Shown: positions 52,339 through 64,000 of the stretch, piece after piece
Layout: every line of letters starts with the position of its first letter
Position numbering within the stretch: position 1 is the stretch's first letter
Source: Eledone cirrhosa
Lineage: Eukaryota
Length of the DNA: 64,000 bases
Assembly: GCA_964016885.1 (NCBI GenBank)
Contig: OZ024743.1
Coordinates: 101,246,001-101,310,000 of the forward strand
Direction of reading: 5' to 3'
The notes under the pieces: generated by a model
Database searches by the model: none
What the model saw: the letters and a program-made list of their open reading frames with translations, nothing else
What the model was told of the DNA's origin: nothing
Made by a program: the position numbers and the translations under genes

Positions 52339-52383
52339 AGTCACTGAAGAGGTCACAGAGTGTGTGACGAAAGAACTATGACT
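52339..52383 (+). ncRNA. Minimal hammerhead in the PLE pLTR (also 46207-46251 -, 50511-50555 -, diverged 52739-52783 +)
   Basis: AGTCA-CTGAAGA-G-GTCAC AGAGTGT GTGAC-GAAA-GAACTA-TGACT. Confidence 0.8.
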
Positions 52384-52538
52384 ATATATATATAAACAAC
52401 TATCTGGTTGTGGAACCAACCAACCAACCAGAAATTTATAAATTTGTAAATTTATAAATATATAATAAATTAAATTGAAGTGAAAGCAACTGGTGCGTGT
52501 GTTTCTTATTGGCAACATGACCCTCCCAAAGTATAACA

Positions 52539-52639
<101 letters not shown>

Positions 52640-52674
52640 TATACATATATAGGAAAAAGTATGACCCTGACACA

Positions 52675-52998
52675 CACAAAAACAAGATGGCGTACGACAG
52701 AACAAAGGAGAGGCACAAAAACAAAGAAAAGAATCCCCAGTCACTGAAGAGGTTACAGAATGTGTGACGAAAGAACTTTGACAATATATAAACAATCATC
52801 TGGTTGTGGAACCAACCAACCAACCAACCGGAAATTTATAAATTCCTAAATTTATAAATTTATTATAATAAATTGAAGTGAAAGCAACTGGTGCGTGTGT
52901 TTCTTATTGGCAACATGACCCTCCCAAAGTATAACAATATCGGTTTCAACACACGTTTTCAGATAAAGAAACTTGCTAAACAAATTCAGAAACGAAAT
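52675..52998 (+). mobile_element. Diverged solo pLTR of the same PLE family
   Basis: Similar to 52280-52540 and extends to AACGAAATATA before (TA)n. Confidence 0.85.
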
Positions 52999-53063
52999 AT
53001 ATATATATACATACATATGTATATATATATATATACATACATATGTATACATACATACATACA

Positions 53064-53099
<36 letters not shown>

Positions 53100-53184
53100 T
53101 ATATACATATATATACATACATATACATACATATATATATATATATATACATATATATAAATACATATACATATATATATATAC

Positions 53185-53235
<51 letters not shown>

Positions 53236-53244
53236 CACATATAT

Positions 53245-53279
<35 letters not shown>

Positions 53280-53280
<1 letters not shown>

Positions 53281-53865
53281 GGTGGCTGCCAACTCGTTTT
53301 CGAGTACGGCCACTACTTTATATCCATGTAGGAGAACTCCTACTGATGCGCTAAACGAGTGTGACTTTTTAGTCCAGCCAGCGACTTAAAAACTCTGGTA
53401 CAAACACTACACCTGTGACAATTACTGGCCCGTTGTACCCTGTGATGACAAGTGCAGAGAGATCTCCAGATATAAAGCAATGCCTGTGCCGTGAAGCTTT
53501 TATAGTGAGCAAAGGCACTGCACAAAGCCAGTCCCACTCTCTTAACCAAGATGATATTTACCAAAAAGAAGAACAAGTCAACATCATTGGATACCATCAG
53601 GGTTGCAGGTGCTATATCAGAGTTTTCCTTCTCCTAGAATTCTGCCTTGACAAAGGCTAAGGGGTCATCTCTCCCGGTAATTTTGGATGGCCATTGACTC
53701 TTAAGAGCTCCTTTGCCCTTTGTTTTTAGTACTGCAGGATGTCCAAAGTCACCCTCCTCACCAAGAAACCTTGGTGGGGTTGCCAGTTTAGTCGCCAACG
53801 ACCCGACCATGAGACAGGTTGTACTGTGATACATGTTACCAGTAGCACCAACTGGTGACCTGACA
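53280..53865 (-). mobile_element. RTE-like LINE/SINE remnant
   Basis: Terminal C2H2-like [19 protein letters not shown] peptide typical of RTE ORF ends. Confidence 0.5.
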
Positions 53866-53904
53866 CATATATATATATACATATATATACATACATATAT
53901 ATAC

Positions 53905-56022
53905 ATACTGTTACAAACATATGTGCAAAATACACCCCATTAAGAACTATAAACAAATCTAAGAGCAGAATCCCTAGAAATAGAAATACGCTCATCAGGA
54001 AAATTAAGAGAACTAACAAAAAAATCAACAAGCTGAAATACTGTCAGCAGCAACACATCAACTTGACTGCCATTTCATCACTAGAGATTAAAAAACATAA
54101 CCTCCAAAACAATATGATGTCTGTCATCAACAATCAGAGAAGAGCTAAAGAGGCCTGGGCCATTGAGAAGATCAAACTCAATCCTAAAGTGTTCTTTTCA
54201 TTTGCAAAAAAACACAAAATCACTGGCTCTACTGTTGGCCCTCTAATTGATGAAAATGGCACTCTTCAAGACAATGCTAAAACCATGGGTGAGATACTGC
54301 AGAAACAATACTACTCTGTTTTCAACAATCCTGATATGGCCGATCTGGGCTGTATCGGCGATGTTACTCCCCATTACACCTTATCGGACATAACGTTTGG
54401 TGCCCCTGATGTCTTAGCGGCAATAAAGGAAATCAAGCATAATTCAGCAGTAGGTCCCGATAGGTTCCCTGCTTGTGTCATGAAGGCGTGTCAACACCAA
54501 CTTGCATCTCCTCTTGCCAATCTCTGGCGGAACTCACTGGATGCTGGATATGTGCCAGAAAACCTTCTATCCCAGTCTGTTGTCCCAGTTTTAAAAAAAG
54601 AAAACAAATCCCTTGCCGTGAATTACCGTCCAATCTCACTCACCTATCATATTATTAAGGTATTTGAGAGAGTGGTGAGATCGCGAATGACTCACTTCCT
54701 TGAGAGTAACAATATGCTGAACTCCAACCAGCATGGATTCCGTAATGGAAGGGATTGCCTGACGCAGCTACTGCATCACTTTGATGACATTTTGAGAGCC
54801 TTGGGAGAGGGTTCCAACACTGATATTATCTACCTTGATTTCAGCAAGGCCTTTGACAGGGTTGATCACAACATTCTACTGAGAAAGCTGTCCAATATTG
54901 GTGTCACTGGAAAGCTGCTGCAGTGGATCAAGTGCTTCCTGTCAAACAGAACCCAACATGTTGTAGTCTAAGGAGTCAAATCCAGCTCAGCCAAAGTCAG
55001 TAGTGGGGTCCCACAAGGCACTGTGTTGGGCCTACATCTCTTCATCATCTATATTAATGACATCACTGACATCATCAAACACAGCAACATTAGAATTTTC
55101 GCTGATGATTCCAAGCTCCAGAAGGTCATCAATGGCGTGGATGACCGGATAAGCCTTCAGTCAGACCTACTGGCTGTTAGCCAATGGGCGGAAAAGAACA
55201 ACATGTTACTGAACGAAGACAAATTCGAACTGATTTACTTTGGAAAAGAGGATGCTCTGAAACTCCCGTACTCCCTTCCCTCCGGTGAAACTCTCGTGGC
55301 ATCTAACAACATCAGAGACATGGGAGTAACTGTGGGCAGCAACATAAGCTGGGAAACGCATAATAGCAGCAAAGTTGAGAGATTTCCACACCATTATCCT
55401 TCTCTTCTCCACTTTTGCCCGACCACACCTTGAATACTGTTGTCCACTGTGGTCTCCCCACACGAAACAAAGTATCATGAAACTTGAAGCTCCCCAAAGG
55501 GCAATCACGAAAAAGATAGATGGCATGTCAGACCTTGACTACTGGGGTCGACTAGAAAAGCTGAAACTTTACTCACTCCAACGTCGCCGTGAGCGTTATA
55601 TTATCTGCATGATGTGGAAAATGTTTCATCACCACTGCCCAAATGATGTTGGCATCACCTTCAAAATACACCCAAGGCTTGGGCCCCGTGCTATCCGTCC
55701 CAAACAAAAATCTAAATCGCAACTCATAACAACAATACGGCACAATTTTTTCACCTCAATTGGCCCTGCTCTCTTCAACATCACACCAGGACACGTCAAA
55801 ACAGAAACTGACCACACAAAATTCAAGAAGTCTTTGGACAAATTCCTCCAAGTAATCCCGGACAAACCACCCACACCCGGATATGTCTCCGCAAACAGTA
55901 ATTCTCTTCTCGAATGGGCCATGGTGCCCAAATCCTGAATTGAAAGACTTCTCCGGGTGGTGCTATTAAGTTAGACATGGCCTGGGCCAATACTGGCCAA
56001 AACATTTCAAAGTTATTCAAAG
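53905..56022 (+). mobile_element. 5'-truncated CR1-clade LINE; RT with a stop codon and a deletion
   Basis: NPKVFFSF, AVGPD, NYRPISLT, NQHGFR, YLDFSKAFDRVDH, FADDSK, RPHLEYC..WSP, LYSLQRRRER, PDKP..PGY..NSL. Confidence 0.9.
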
Positions 56023-56056
56023 TTATATACATACATATATATATATATATATATAC

Positions 56057-56121
<65 letters not shown>

Positions 56122-56154
56122 CATATATATATGTATGTATATAAATATATATAT

Positions 56155-56745
56155 ATAAGAAGAAATTAAAAGATGGTTAAAAAAGTTCCATGTATTTTCT
56201 TATGCGCATTTCAAAAACAAATATCATCATGGGACGATATTTGCGTTCTCATCAGATAAAATAGGGAGACATGATATGAAGCTTAAAAAAACACTTGTGA
56301 GCAAGGTAGTGTCTAATCAACATATGATAAATAAATTTAAAAGGATATAGGAGATTGGAAAAAAGGAAAGGAAGGGGAAAAAGTACGGAAGAGAAAGAAA
56401 GAAAAAAAAGAAAAAAAGAAGAAAAGGATAACGGAGGAAGAGTATATATGTATATATATATATATATATATATGCAAAAGTTCTATTTAAATTGTTGGGA
56501 TACAAGTAAATATTTTTATAACTGATATAAAGCACTCGACAAGTATTTGGAGTAGATATACGATATTAACAAATGGAAACTATATTTATAAAACCATATT
56601 TATTTCATTATACATATTTCAAGGATACCAAGTTAAATTATGGTATGCCTTCATCAGACAAAATACAATATATACCAGTTTTATAAATAAACATTGACGT
56701 ACCCTTTCAAAATGCGACCGTTACTTTTGGAAGACATCAGGATAG
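56155..56745 (-). mobile_element. Two PLE pLTR fragments with hammerheads (about 56195-56261 and 56600-56666)
   Basis: Homologous to 18975-19145 and 19378-19675. Confidence 0.75.
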
Positions 56746-57740
56746 TGGTTTGTTTATTTTAGTAAGTCGTATTGTTAAGGATAAGTAAAAAGACGGAGAG
56801 AGAGAGAGAAACGTGGAGAAAAGAAAGGGAGAGATAAATAAAGAAAAAGAGGAAAGAAAAAAGAAAAAAAGAAAACAGAGGAAAACAACAGAGAGATATC
56901 AAACCACCAGACAGAGAGAAAAAACTCAAGAGAGAGAAATATAGAGATAGAGAGAGGGGGAGAGAACGAAAACCTTAAGTCATGTCATATTAAGTTGAGT
57001 TAACAATTGAGATGAAATGAATAAATAAAATTAGAAATATTAATATTCATGAATGGAATATACATATATAATATGAGAAATTAATCATTGTTTAATTATG
57101 ATTAGATATTTAGTTTAAAAATTGAGATCAATATATTAAAAATTGGAATTTAAACATCACAAAATATATATATTGCTAGAGAAATTACCTATCGTATAGC
57201 ACGTACATATACGCAAAAATACATAAATATATATATATATATACACACACTCAGAAAATATACATTATATCTACTCCCGCATATAATATATACATACAAA
57301 GCATAAGTGATTTTTTTATTACTGCTATACATTCCTTGTGTTATTAAATAAAAATTCTTAGTATATATATATAAATATATAGGATTAACTTTCATGGCGA
57401 TATATTATAATTGTTTCTACTTTTGGCACAAGGCCAGTAATTACTCAGTGCATTACTGGTACTTTATTTTATCGACCCCGTAAGAATGAAAGGCAAAGTT
57501 AACCTCGGCGGGATTTGAACACAGAATGGCAAGGGCCATAACTCTATGCGCCAAAGCATGGCGTCCGACCTTCTACCGACACTGCCAATTATCAAAAATG
57601 ACATCTCGCAAACTTAACGAATGTATTTCTTTGTGTAAAGTATTTTTAGTAGAGAACTGATTGAGTGTGGGAAAATATGTATTACGTCTATGGGGTGTAT
57701 GTGTATATATGTAGAGAGATATTATTTCTAATGCATACAT

Positions 57741-57785
<45 letters not shown>

Positions 57786-57875
57786 CATACATACAAATGC
57801 ATTGGGTTCTGAAATGCTGATCTTAGGAGCCCGCTAAAGGGGAATAATTCAATATACATAGAAGATTTATTCATA

Positions 57876-60800
57876 CTAGCTGGACATGGATAATTTTTGA
57901 AATTTAAATATTGCTCAATGAATATTTGTCAGTTAATCAAAGTTGTTTGATTTGCAGTATTTTGGTGAATAAACAATTATATTTTCCTTTATTTTATGTA
58001 TAATAATTATTTTAAAAATTAATTTCATAAAATTACACATAAAAACATCCTTCAAAGCACTTCCCTATATACAATATTTCTAGTAAAGGTGATTCCCCTT
58101 CTGCGGCCATGGATGGAGTCGTTTTGAGGTATCACTTTAACTCTCACACTGTTCATTGCCCTTGCTCTTGAAAATGCTACGTATAACTGGCCATGAGTGA
58201 AGCATGGCTGTGGCAAGTGTATGCCTATTCTGTGGAATGTTTGCCCCCTGTGCTTTATTGATTGTCATAGAATAGGACAGACGAACCGGAAACTGGGTCC
58301 TATGCAGAACAAATGGAATGTTTGCATCGCTTGGATTGAGTTTGATTCTTGGAATCAGTACTCTCGTCTGTGAGTGAGATCAACTTATAATTGCCGCTTC
58401 GATGCTATGCTCGTGGAGCTGAAGTACTTCCAGGCGAGTTCTGTTGCATTGACTTTGTGTTATAGAGAGGTTTCTAAGCAGCATAATAATTGCTCCAACT
58501 TTTAGGTTGAGGCGATAGGGAGGCATTCCAGAAGGTGTAAGAGTTTATAAACTCCATGGGATAATTCTGACCTTCTTCATTATCATAAGTTACAGAGTTG
58601 GTGCTTAGATATGTTTTATTTTCAGTGGGCAATCTTCTTAGAATTTCTTCATTTGCTGCTAAGCAGTCTGAATTTTTGGGGGATAAGATTACTCTGGTTT
58701 TCATTTCTTCTGCTGTGCAATTATCCAATTATCAAAGATATCAGATTCCAAAGAATTGTTGCATATGCATGCCTCAGGAATATCAATAGTATCTTCTGCG
58801 ACATTATCAAGAGAGCTTCGTAGAAATCCACTTCCAAGTTGTAGTAGCCACCTCGAAAAATCTTGTTCATTTTCATTTGTTCTCATGTTTTGTGTGAGTT
58901 TCATTTGATGAAAATGATCCCACTGAGAGGAGCGTTTGAGGCAGACATCAAGTACAGCTGAAGGGGGAGGGGGGAGCTCTGGGAACAACTGGAAGAACTT
59001 GTCTAAAATCCCCTCCTAGTACGATAATTTGTCCACCAAATATACTATCACTATTCATAATATCTCTTAAACATTTATCTATTGCATGCAAAGCATAAGC
59101 TGGTATCATTGAAGCGTCGTCAATAATGAAGACTTTTACTCTCCTAAGAATGTTTCCTTGATCAGAATTTGGAGGAACATTGCACACACTTGTTTCACTC
59201 AAAGGAACTGGAAGCTTGAATATACTGGGAAGAGCTTTACCACCTTTCAAGAGTGTTGCAGCAATGCCAGTCCAGACATGTGTACTTACTGTTATATTGT
59301 TAGCAGTAAGGTGATCGAAGATCATATTGAACAAAAATGTTTTTCCTGATCCACCCGGCGCATTCAAATAGAACAGTCTATTATTGGTTTCTTCTTCTCT
59401 GTTAACTGCTAATGCAGTATCAATCACGCAATTAAATGCTTCTCTTAAATTTGGATCTATGATTGGGTTTTCCGCATAAGGATCATTTGAAGGGGGTCTC
59501 CGACTGGTTCAGGAAGGCCAAACATGCTACAATGCATGCCATTTTCTCTAAATATGGCATTCATCAACTGAAGAGCAATATTTTCAGCTGTTGTATTTTC
59601 ATTTGTCCGCAAAAGATCCTCAATCATGAACTGTTTGTTTTCATTCCACAGTTGTAAAGCATTGACGGGTTGACTGAAGAGGCAAATCATAGCAAACATG
59701 TTTAGAAGCTGTCGAGGCATTTGATATGCTGCAGCCTCTGTCAAAGTATCTTGTAGTTCATTATCATCATCAGGAAGTCTCAATCTAATACACGCCTCCT
59801 TGAAAGTTTCAAATTCTTCACCTCCAACAGTTCTTCATTGAAAGAAATCGCGCGAGGAACAATTAGGAGTAGCATTTTCAAATGAAATTTGTCTGCGTTA
59901 CGTAGACTTGCTGAGTACATTCTGGTTAGAATATTATGGAAGCGTACTCGCCGAGTCCATTTGGTACTCTTTCTCTGAAACACATATTGTTGAGGACTAT
60001 CACAGTACAGAAGATTTCTAGCATTCTCGTCAGATTGGTTTAGCTTGAACCAAGCGGTCAAATGTGTGTACGTTCTTGTGCTCGTGCAGCTGCTTGTCGT
60101 TGCTCTCCTTCTCTGTAGTACACTTGTTGTTCATCAGGTAAATGCAGAGACAAACGGTATACTGTGTGGGACTGCCCATGCATTTTGTATTCCGATAATC
60201 GCCAAAATGCTTCAGGTGGAGACACGTACCTGCACGAAATATATTGTTTTATTTCATTGTTTTCATTTCCATTGATTTGTTCGTTATTTGTAATATCATT
60301 CCTCACTTCCATCATTGCGCAATCATGTCCTTTATATACTTGAAAAAGTATTTCACACTTTTCACAGAAGAGCACACTTCAACGTTAATGTGTGCATGAT
60401 AAGTTTTCAACAGATACTTATTATATGGAACAACAAATCTATTGTCCACTTGATGAGTTCCCACTTGTCCTGTGTCTCCATTGTTTCTTCGTCTGTATGC
60501 CGGATTTCCTGAAACATTGTTGATGGTATCTTCCTGATATTCCTTAGGGAATTTCTTCTGACATTGTCCGTCGACCATACAGACAGAATTCGGATTTGAT
60601 ACTCTGCAAGGTCCATGTATCATCAGTGTTCGAACCAACTCCCTCAACTCCGGTTCTTCCATGGGTGGAATCTCAGAGACAATGTTATCAATTTGTTCTT
60701 TTGTTCTAATTTTATCTTCTTCACGCAACATGATAAGCATATGACAATGCGGAAGACCTCTTTTCTGAAATTCAATCACATGTATATGAGCAATAGGTAC

Positions 60801-62820
60801 ACCAAGCACATGTATTTCTTTAATATCAATCATCAATTCATTAAGATGTAATTTGTAAACGCGCGCTACTAAATCTAGCCTGTTTTGAGCTGTTTCGTGA
60901 GGCCCTAGGTGTTCGGTAATTTCTTGGCATTTTGAATTGCAAGTATAAGTTATAAATAGATCAGGCTTTTCATATTTGCAAACTATCGCCATTGAGTCTT
61001 GATATGATTGTTGCATATTCCTTGGGCTTCCGGTGAAAGTTGAAGGCAGAATAACAGGGACTCCTGGCTCATCAATTTCATTGTTTCTCGCTAGGTGATC
61101 CATGAGGCCAGAGTACATTGCTACTCTCAACTGTGCTTGGTTATTTTCAATGAAATTCAAGCGACATCCCTCTACTTTAACATATACATCAACAATGTAT
61201 TGCTGAAATAATTTTCCCGCTCGATGTATTACACTGAAACCGCCTCTTATGGCCAAGCGAAATGCGTAGAATTCCTGCATTGTTACGAACTCTTGTTTGA
61301 TGATGTTGTACGTGCGGCATGTTAATATCCCATCCTTAATGGCAATTTGGAAAAAGAAGAGGATATACCATGGGGTCAAAGTGGCAAGAAATGTACGATA
61401 TTCTCTCTTTATGTTGTCCTATAGGATATACAACAGTATCACGATGTAGTGGCAGCGTTCCATCTTCACCAACAAAAATTGCTGCAACCTCATTGTTTGT
61501 TGGATTATTGTATCTTCTTGCATCATGGCCTGCTATGAATTTCCTGAAGGATATTTTCTATTGCAGCTCGCTGTTGTTCTTGCATTTCAACAGTTCTCAT
61601 ATTATTGTATGCTGCTGCATAAGGATTATTATTCATTGAAACCGTTATTTGTTCAAACACCGATAATAAGCAATTGGCATTTTCATTAGCATTTGCTCGG
61701 GTATGGATTGCTTCATTTGTTTCAATGAGGTAGAGCTGACTATATCTTCTCTGTTCATTTTCGTTTGGATGCAAGTTGCTGGCATAATGCTATATTTGAT
61801 CTTGTAACCGGAAGCAATAAGGGCCACGTCCCGGTGGAGGTTTGATATTGGCACCAAAAGAAGCAAATGCAAAGGCAGAATTATAATTTCTTATGTTGTT
61901 CCTAAAATTAGATCCTTCGTGGTTATTTATATCAAATAATAGCCTAAGATTATCAGGATATTCTTGTGAAGCAGGAAGTAATACTTTTCCATTGTTGCAG
62001 CAATTCAGGGTCTCTCCTGAGAATCTTAGAGCTTCACAGTATTGACAAATGACACTCATATCACCAATATGGAAACGTAAAGGCTGCTCTTCAATTATGG
62101 CATTTCGTCGCTGTTGAACTCTGTTTCTCATATTCTCTAGATAAAATTCTCTCTCCTCTGGATTCATGTCATTTCTTCTCTCGTGATCTCTGTTTCTCAT
62201 ATTCTGCAGATAAATTTCTCTCTCTTCTGGATTCATGTCATTTCTTCGCTCTTGAACTTTGTTTCCATTATTCTGTAGATAAGCCTCTCTCTCCTCTTGG
62301 CTCATATCATTCCCCCTTTCTTGCATTTGTTCTCGATTACGGTCACGGATTGCTTGCCTCTCTTCTGCTTGTAACTGTTGTCGTCGTCTTCTTTGTCGTT
62401 CTCTCGCTGCCTCTCTTTGTTGACTTATTCTATCTTCCATTTTTAAGAATGGTTGTTTCAGTAATTATGAAGAACACTTAGCTGGTATAAGAAAGTTCGT
62501 TAGAGATGTTTGTCAAATAAAAACTTGTTACAAAAAAAACAAACTGAGGGTCAAGCATGTAATTACTGAAAGCATGACACACACCCCTTTCTCTCTATAT
62601 ATATATTATAACCGACTCTCTCTAAATATATTAACCCCCCCCCCCTCTCTCTCTCTATATATATAAACCTATCCCTTTCTCTATGTTGCAACGCTCTTTG
62701 ATTTTCTTTCGCCGTAGATTTTCGTAGATTGTTTACCACCCCACTTCCATTGTTTTACTGAAAGCGTGACACACACGGTCGGACAGACGGTACGTAGATA
62801 TTAGAGTATTAATACATAGA
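57876..62820 (-). mobile_element. Helitron with both termini and a decayed Rep-Helicase
   Basis: The minus strand starts A|TCTATGTATTAAT (62820) and ends CAGCTAG|T (57876). Rep motifs PDLFITYTCN, IEFQKRGLPHCHML and HINVEVC, and PIF1 helicase motifs APGGSGKTF, IIDDASM and GGDFRQVLPV, are spread over many broken frames. Confidence 0.92.
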
Positions 62821-64000
62821 TGTTTACAAGATGGCCACGATGTTTTAAAATAAAAGTGTGTTCCCTAATCATCATCAGTCGTATGGGGTTGGCTTTACGT
62901 AACTTTAATCGATATTCGTATACTGAAAAATAAAGATGGAAATATTGAAATCATGGAACGCGCAGTTTTACTGAAGATATTGTAATAAAATATTGGAATA
63001 AGAATAATTACATGTAAATCTTTTGGTTTTGTTTTATTTTACGAAAAAGCTGAAAATAAAATAATCCGAAACGGAAACGGCGAAACGATGAAATGTATTT
63101 AATTTGTGTATATGCTGTTGCATGCTTAAGGTGGTATATACTACCAGAACATATACAATAGATTCTATAAAATAACACAAAGCTGTTCTAGACGTGAGCA
63201 TTCAATCAAGCAAAATTTTCCTTTCCTTTCAATAAACGACTATAATAGAAAATATTTTTATATAAAATATATAACAAGGAAATGTTTTATATAATTTGCA
63301 AACATATTAAACGATTTTAACATTATAACAAGCTATATATATTAAATGATACATTGACTGGATGGTCACGGTTTCAACGCTTTTGTGTTGTTTCCTATTA
63401 TAGAAATTATCGAAACACAAACAGCATTTTTAGAAGGTAAATGTTCACCTAGCTGTTTATGTTTTCAAAGTACGTATCAATGTCTAAACAGAAACAATAT
63501 TTCCTTGTGTCGCTCTTTCCGTTTTAGTTTTACATTTTACTCCTGACTAGTATTGTCGTGTAACTTAGGAAACAATCAATATTTCATTATTTCCAAACAA
63601 TTAGAAAACCATTGTTTTGTAAATAACATTGTCATATTTACTGTCATAATTTTAAATATTTTTTTATGACTACCGTTAAACCATTTAGTGGCCAATAAAA
63701 CTTAGTGATTAAGGTGTTGGGTTCGTGATTGTAAAGTTGTGGGTTCGATTATTGAACCTGGCGGCACATTGTGTTCTTCAGCAAGGCACTTCATTTCACG
63801 TTGCTCTAGTAAAGTGAGCTGGAACAAATAAGTATCAGCAGCAGTAATAACTAGGATTAACCCTACAACTGGGAGGTGTCAGTCCCCTGCTATGACACTG
63901 GTACCAAGCTGTATCGGCCATTACTTTTCCCTTGTGGTGTACAGACAACAAAGGCGGCGAATTGGCAGAGTCGTTAGAATGTCGGATAGAGTGTTTTATG

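Overview
Repeat-saturated eukaryotic (animal) DNA. The SINE types and extreme (TA)n/(CA)n microsatellite density suggest a cephalopod such as Octopus, which is an inference. No host protein-coding gene could be supported, and almost all long ORFs in the track are microsatellite artefacts. The window holds a 55-bp satellite (1-3760), decayed R4/Dong, Tx1/L1, CR1 and RTE LINEs, tRNA-derived SINEs, a decayed KIAA1586-like hAT, a terminus-complete Helitron (57876-62820) and many Penelope-like elements (PLEs), including a young, near-intact one (45991-52540). The key signal is hammerhead ribozymes (HHRs). A 469-bp non-coding tandem array (26261-33675; 14 direct plus about 1.7 inverted copies) carries a type I HHR in every unit, embedded in a hairpin-rich monomer, so it looks like a retrozyme-like circular-RNA element. 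It is inserted in (TA)n with the same divergent, microhomology-joined inversion architecture as the autonomous HHR-bearing PLE 12 kb away. This suggests a PLE-mobilised ribozyme RNA parasite system.
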